Assembly: GCA_964016885.1 (NCBI GenBank)
Contig: OZ024764.1
Location: 23,498,001 to 23,562,000, forward strand
Length of the DNA: 64,000 bases
Direction: 5' to 3'
Origin: Eledone cirrhosa
Lineage: Eukaryota
Shown: piece after piece, positions 58,073-64,000 of the stretch
Layout of the letters: each line of letters opens with the position of its first letter
Position numbering within the stretch: position 1 is the first letter of the stretch
Made by a program: the position numbers and the translations under genes
The notes under the pieces: model-generated
Told to the model about the DNA's origin: nothing
The model's database searches: none
The model's input: the letters and a program-made list of their open reading frames with translations, nothing else

Positions 58073-59888
58073 GAGGCATAACAAACTGAGGGTTCCCCAA
58101 GGGCCACATAGGTCACATGTGTTGTCTGAGGGTTGCACAGTGCAACTAATTATGTACACGACAACTAATTAAAGTCATTTAATAAAATATATTGCAGAAA
58201 GATTTGTTACTTAAATTTAGAAACATACAATGTCCATACAAATGTTTTAGCAGCATTCATGAATACAAAGTAATGAAGTAGTTTGACAAAAAACTAAAAT
58301 TTAACATGTCAACATATACTTGCAGATTGTAACAGCAACAAATACATTGTTGTCCTGAGGCTTGACACTTCTTTCTGTTGACAATTTTTGGTATATCTGG
58401 CTGAAATGTCTGTACAGTTCCAACTTTGATCAGATGACAAGTGTTGATCTGTCAGCCTTGTTCTCTGAGAAGTTTTTGTTAAGCAAAGTACAGACTCAGT
58501 ATGGGCAGTGATTTTCAGCTCTTTGCACATAAGAAAATGAATTACATTTTCATCTGACAACGGAGACTTCCATAAGCTAAGTTTTCTAATGAAGAACTTG
58601 ATGTCATCATACAACTGAGTGATGGGTTTGTTTTTACCTTGCAATTTCAAATTAAGATCAGTTAATTGTGCAGTAATATCCACAACAAAAGCCAGATGTT
58701 GGAGCCAACTTTCATCTTTTATTTCATCTGTGTTTTGACCTTTCATCTCCAAAAACATAATTATTTCAACAAATGGAATCTTTTCAGCACTTTGTGACAT
58801 GTTAACCAGCAGACTTCTATGTAGAATGGAACATCGGTGAACTGATTATCCATATCTTCCAACAACTGGCTGAACTGACGGTGGTTGCGAGTATGGCCTC
58901 TGATTTACTTCACTGTCTTTGTGACCAAGCTAAGTACATGATGCAATTTTAAAATCTTTGAACATAAATTTTGCTGATGAATAATAGTGAAAATGTGCAA
59001 ATGATGAATCTAGATATGAGTTTTCTATTTTTGTTTGTAACTATAAATATTAAATTCACTGTCACAGGCCCTGATAAAGATTGCAATCTGTACTATTCCA
59101 GTGATGTCAACAGTCTCATCAATAGCAATAGAAACATGTTCAAACCTTGATGATACAGCCTTTAACTGTTGTTTCAGATCACCTGACATTTCATTAATCT
59201 GTTCAGCAACAGTGTTCCTGGTTAATGAAATGTCTTTGAATAACTCTGCTTTCTCTGGACAATTTCAGCTGTTTTTACAAGACATTGCTTTACAAAATCT
59301 CCTTCACTGTAAGATTTCCCACTCATGGCAATCATTTGACTGAGTTCATAGCTTGCAGTAACGGAAGTGACATTCTCTTCCTGAATTAACATAAAACAGG
59401 TCTGTTGCTGTGTCAAGTTAACCTTCAATTCCTTGAGTCTTGAAACACACATTGGGCCTTCATATTTATCGTAAGATCGAGGGTTTGTTTCATAATGTCT
59501 TTTTAAATTGTACTCTTTTGGCGTGGAGATGTAGTTGTTGCAAATTAAACAGTGTATCTTTCTGTTCACCATTGGGCAAAAATACTGTAATTCCCACTTT
59601 TCTTGAAACACTTGCCCTTCTTCGTTCAATTTCCTTTTTCTCTTAGCTGGAGGAGCACTAACCATTTCAAAAACAAAATCTTTTGAAATTTTGAAAGAAA
59701 GTTTTCTGTTAATGAGCTGCACGTGATTAATGGCAGTTAAAAGTAGTTGACAAAATTTGCAAAAAAAAAATAATTGTATCGAAAATGTTTTAAATTTTAT
59801 ATTACGAAAATGAAACATGGTCGCACTGTAAAAACCTTTGTGTGGGCCGCAGGTTTGCTTGCCAAGGGCTGCATGTTTGACATGTCTG
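58073..59888 (-). mobile_element. hAT fossil, unit 4
   Basis: TSD ATGTAGGT at 58065 and 59889; private deletions. Confidence 0.88.
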
Positions 59889-61908
59889 ATGTAGGTTACC
59901 AACACTAGGGAGGGCAGCATGTCCTTAAGTGTGTTCTGCTACATTAACTACCAGGAGGTCACCACATGAGACAAAGACTACATTTCAAAGAAGGGTTATA
60001 AAAGAACTAAATACGAAAGTCCTCACAGCAAGAAGCAAATAATTGAGCTTTGGGTCTAGGTCAAGGGGCAGAAGTGCTGCGCCCTGTGGATAAGACTGCA
60101 AAAGTATTCGCCCCGGACAGTGACACCCACTGCAACAGCCACCCCAACCTCATGGGACTCCCTCTTCAGAAGAGCCACCAACGTTCTGATCTTACAGAGG
60201 AGCTTGGCAGTACGGGGTCTAAATACTTCTGAGGTCTCGATGGTGACCAGTGTGAAGAGACCTACAATTGATGTCATCCCAGTTATGTTGGACTGTAATA
60301 TACTGGGGTATAGAGAGGCCTTAACCTGTCACAGCCGGGCCACCCAGGGTTGTGTCATCTAGGTACTAGACAGGGGTAACTAGACCACGTTGTCAACTGT
60401 CAGCACCAATAGGAGTGAGGTGAGTGGGTCCCCTTGCTAGACACCATATATAAAACGTATTTGCTAATTACTTTAATGAATAATTTGTTTCATACGTAAT
60501 TATTACTTTTAACACAATAGGATTTTGTACACGTGTTTGTTTGAAAACATCTTTCAAAGAAGTATGAGACAGTCTTTTGTAGTGTTTATTATAATATATT
60601 ACTGTATGTTGAGCTGTTTTAACTTCTCCACCTTCTATTATTTCATATTGTTTTTGTAAAAAATCGGATCTTTTTCATATATATATATATATGAAGGCGT
60701 GTGGCTGAGTGGTTAGAGAATTGGATTCGGAATTGTGAGGTTGTGAGTTCGATTCTCAGACTGGGCGATGCGTTATGTCCTTGAGCAAGACACTTTATTT
60801 CACGTTGCTCCTTCTACCTGGAGTTGCGACCGATAGATAGTATTAGCAATTGGAAAGAAAAATGGAAACATTGTTTCCTCGGTCCGATTTGACGAAAAGT
60901 CGATCATAAAAAATATATATAGAGAGAGAGAGAAACACAAACATACACTACTGTATTACATATGTGAGGGGAGACAACTCTCGTTACATCCACCCTACTT
61001 TTTGATATACGTCCATTAAATACTTTGTACAATGGAACCTGCTTTATTTTGTGTCCTAAGTAGATTTCTGTTTAAGTATTTACGAGATTCACAATGATTC
61101 ACGTAACCAAGTTACTTACATAGAGATATATTTCACATAGAATCACAACAAATGAAAATATTAAGTCAACACTCTGTCAATCAGTCTCACATCACATGGG
61201 GTGCCGGAGTCTCCCTCTAATACTTTCTGAGACAGTCTTACCTCGAGTGATAGCAAGGCTAAGATGTTGGAACTACCAAACACCCTCATATGTATCACCT
61301 GACACCTCGGTAAGGAGAGCTGCCAACGATAACAAGAACCTCGTTGTCAGGGACCTATCTCCTCCAAACTTCTCCAACACCACAGACTAGAATATTCTAC
61401 TCTTTATTCCCTATCAAATATATTTCAGTCTAGTCATTTATCTTGTATCTTGTATATGTATTTTCAAAACTAACTGTCACATTTGTGAGACCCCAGTTAG
61501 TGATGTTTTCATCTCCCTCCCACATCCTACATGCTGTAGTAAAAGTGAGGGTCACTGCTTCTATAGAAGAACGAAATAAAAGTTAAACTACCAGTAATTA
61601 TCGGCAAAGTATTTATTCCAGTCTGTGATGTTTGAGAAGCTGGGCTGCTGACAACGAAGTTGTTGTCACTGTTGGCGGCTGGCTTTACCGAAGTACCCGA
61701 TGACTCTTGTGAGGGTACTTAGCTGTTCTGGTGGTTTAGCCTCCACGTGACCCGATCTTACCGAGATACCCGGTGATCTCTGTAAGAGTACTTAGCTGTT
61801 TTATTTTAATTTCATTTACTGATTTCAACTTCATTTTTTTATTACAAACTTTACATAATTTAATTCGGTAAAAATATTTTACGTCACAAAAAAACTTGAC
61901 CTTTGACA

Positions 61909-62023
61909 TTGAAGCATGCGCAGTGGTGCAGTTGTCGACTTCCTGTCCACGTGTTAGTCTTCCTCCAACATCATTTAGAAAACATTTCTGTAAATACTAA
62001 ACACCTCAGACTATAATGTAAGT
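61909..62023 (+). promoter_or_regulatory. Putative ZNF promoter and exon 1 with donor (unit 5; coding exon beyond window)
   Basis: Same motif cluster, GTAAGT at 62018. Confidence 0.5.
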
Positions 62024-62243
62024 ATTATGTCTATTAATATTGTAGATTTAAGCTCACTTTTCACATCACAAATATATATTTTCTTGTTTTTTTCATTACT
62101 GGAAATATAAAATGTTATCGTAATTATCTATATTTTACCTACCTCTAATTAATTAAAGTGAAAACTTTTGTTGTTGCTGAAAAATAAATTAACAAAACTA
62201 AATATTTAAATATTGTAAAGGTCGTTTTTATATTATGTGATGA

Positions 62244-64000
62244 CCAAAAGACTGGTGCAGTAGCATCATTGTCAACTGCTACAAAGGTAAAGGCGATGCA
62301 CTAGATAGAGGAAACTATAGAGGTATAAAGTTGATGGACCAGGTCATGAAAGTAACAGAAAGAGTTATAGCACAGCTGATTAGGGACCGGGTGAATATAG
62401 ACGAGATGCAATTTGGGTTTGTTCCAGGGAAAGGCACCACTGATGCGCTCTTCCTTGTGAGGCAATTACAGGAAAAGTACCTAGCTAAAAGTAAGCCACT
62501 CTACTTGGCATTTGTCGACCTTGAGAAAGCCTTTGACAGAGTTCCACGTGCAGTAATCTGGTGGGCTCTTAGAAAACTAGGAGTAGATGAATGGCTTGTG
62601 AAAGCGGTACAAGCCATGTATAGGGGAGCAGTCAGCAAAGTTAGGATTGGCAATGAGTATAGCGAGGAATTTAGCGTACAGGTTGGGGTCCACCAGGGCT
62701 CTGTTCTTAGCCCTCTCCTGTTCATCATAGTCCTGCAGGCAATAACGGAGGAGTTTAAGACCGGATGCCCATGGGAACTCCTGTATGCTGATGACCTCGC
62801 ACTCATAGCTGAATCTATGGTAGAACTAGAGAATAAATTCCAAACCTGGAAGCAGGGACTAGAGAGAAAGGGCCTCAAAGTCAACATGACAAAGACTAAG
62901 GTCCTTATAAGTAGACGAGAAAACAGAACCCAGATCCCCTCAGGGAAATGGCCTTGCTCAGTATGTAGGAAAGGTGTAGGTAGGAACTCCATTCTTTGCC
63001 CCAAATGCAAACAATGGGTACACAAGAGATGTAGCGGGATCTCAGGAAGCTTAATTAAGAATGTAGGATTCACATGCAGCAGCTGTGCTGAAACAGCAAG
63101 CAAACAGCCACAGGAAACAAGTACCACCAATCTCTGGGAGGGCCCTGTAGAAACAGTAGACAGCTTCTGCTACCTAGGTGACCGAATTAGCAACGGAGGT
63201 GGGTGCTCAGAAAGTACAATAACTAGGGTAAGAACGGGATGGAAGAAGTTTAGGGAACTACTACCACTGCTAGCTGCAAAAGGCTTCTCCCTCAGAATGA
63301 AAGGCAGACTGTATGATGCGTGTATCCGAACAGCGATGTTGCATGGTAGTGAGACCTGGGCGCTGAAGGTGGAAGACTTACGTAGATTAGAGAGAAACGA
63401 AGCCTGCATGCTCCGATGGATGTGTAACAGTAATATACGTGAACGACAAAGCATAAATGAATTGAGAGAGAGACTGAGCATAAGAGGAATCAAATGCTGC
63501 GTGCAGGAGAGGCGGTTACGCTGGTATGGACATGTGATGCGTATGAAGGATGACAGCTGCATAAAAAGGTGCAGAGCACTAGAAGTTGATGGAAACCGCG
63601 GAGTGGGGAGACCCAAGATGACTTGGGATGAGGTGATAAAAGCCGACCTTACCCAACTACACCTCTCAAAGTCAATGACACACGACCGTGACTTCTGGCG
63701 TCACGCAGTAATACAGGGTACCCGACCTCCCATGGGTACATGCTGAAGCATATAAACAATATGCCCCCCCCCCCCCCCCCACACACCGCAAGGTGGTCGT
63801 GGAGGTGCCACGGCAAAAAAGCACCCAGCCCACACTGTAAAGTGGACGTGTAGGCGCCACGAAAAAGCACCCAGCACTCACTGTAAATGAGGTTGGTGTT
63901 AGGAAGGGCATCCAGCTGTAGAAATCAAGCCAGATCAGTTCCTGTATGAGCAAGGCATGGTCAGCCGACCAGACACTGCCCACAACAGGACAACCCGTCT
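62244..64000 (+). mobile_element. Young 5'-truncated RTE-clade LINE with uninterrupted RT frame and PHD-like finger; runs off window
   Basis: Frame open from 62244 (PKDWCSS...) to 63746, then 3' UTR. Interrupts the unit sequence after tgtgatga. Confidence 0.93.

Overview
AT-rich, repeat-dense animal DNA. The [10 protein letters not shown]...HTGEKPY finger type and the RTE, SINE and Helitron families present point to an octopus or other coleoid cephalopod (inference). The window is a tandem array of ~13-20 kb segmental duplicates. Four units carry a + strand poly-C2H2 zinc-finger exon with no effector domain (4098, 24546, 39817, 53210). One further unit remnant has lost its ZNF (11354-16760), and a fifth unit begins at ~61.9 kb. 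All four ZNF frames span exactly 1032 bp and 12 fingers although their finger order differs. Two are intact, one has a 2-bp frameshift and one has a premature stop. Units share a putative promoter and non-coding exon 1, a splice acceptor, a relic ZNF exon and a set of TE fossils: RTE, Expander-like RTE, CRE-like, hAT/Buster, Helitron, a foldback MITE and SINEs. Insertions restricted to some copies are CR1, Tigger, young RTEs with an embedded PHD-like finger, and SINEs. Several minisatellites trace back to RTE sequence. No rRNA, true tRNA, CRISPR or prokaryotic system is supported. Coordinates were read by eye, so TE boundaries are approximate unless a TSD or TIR is cited.
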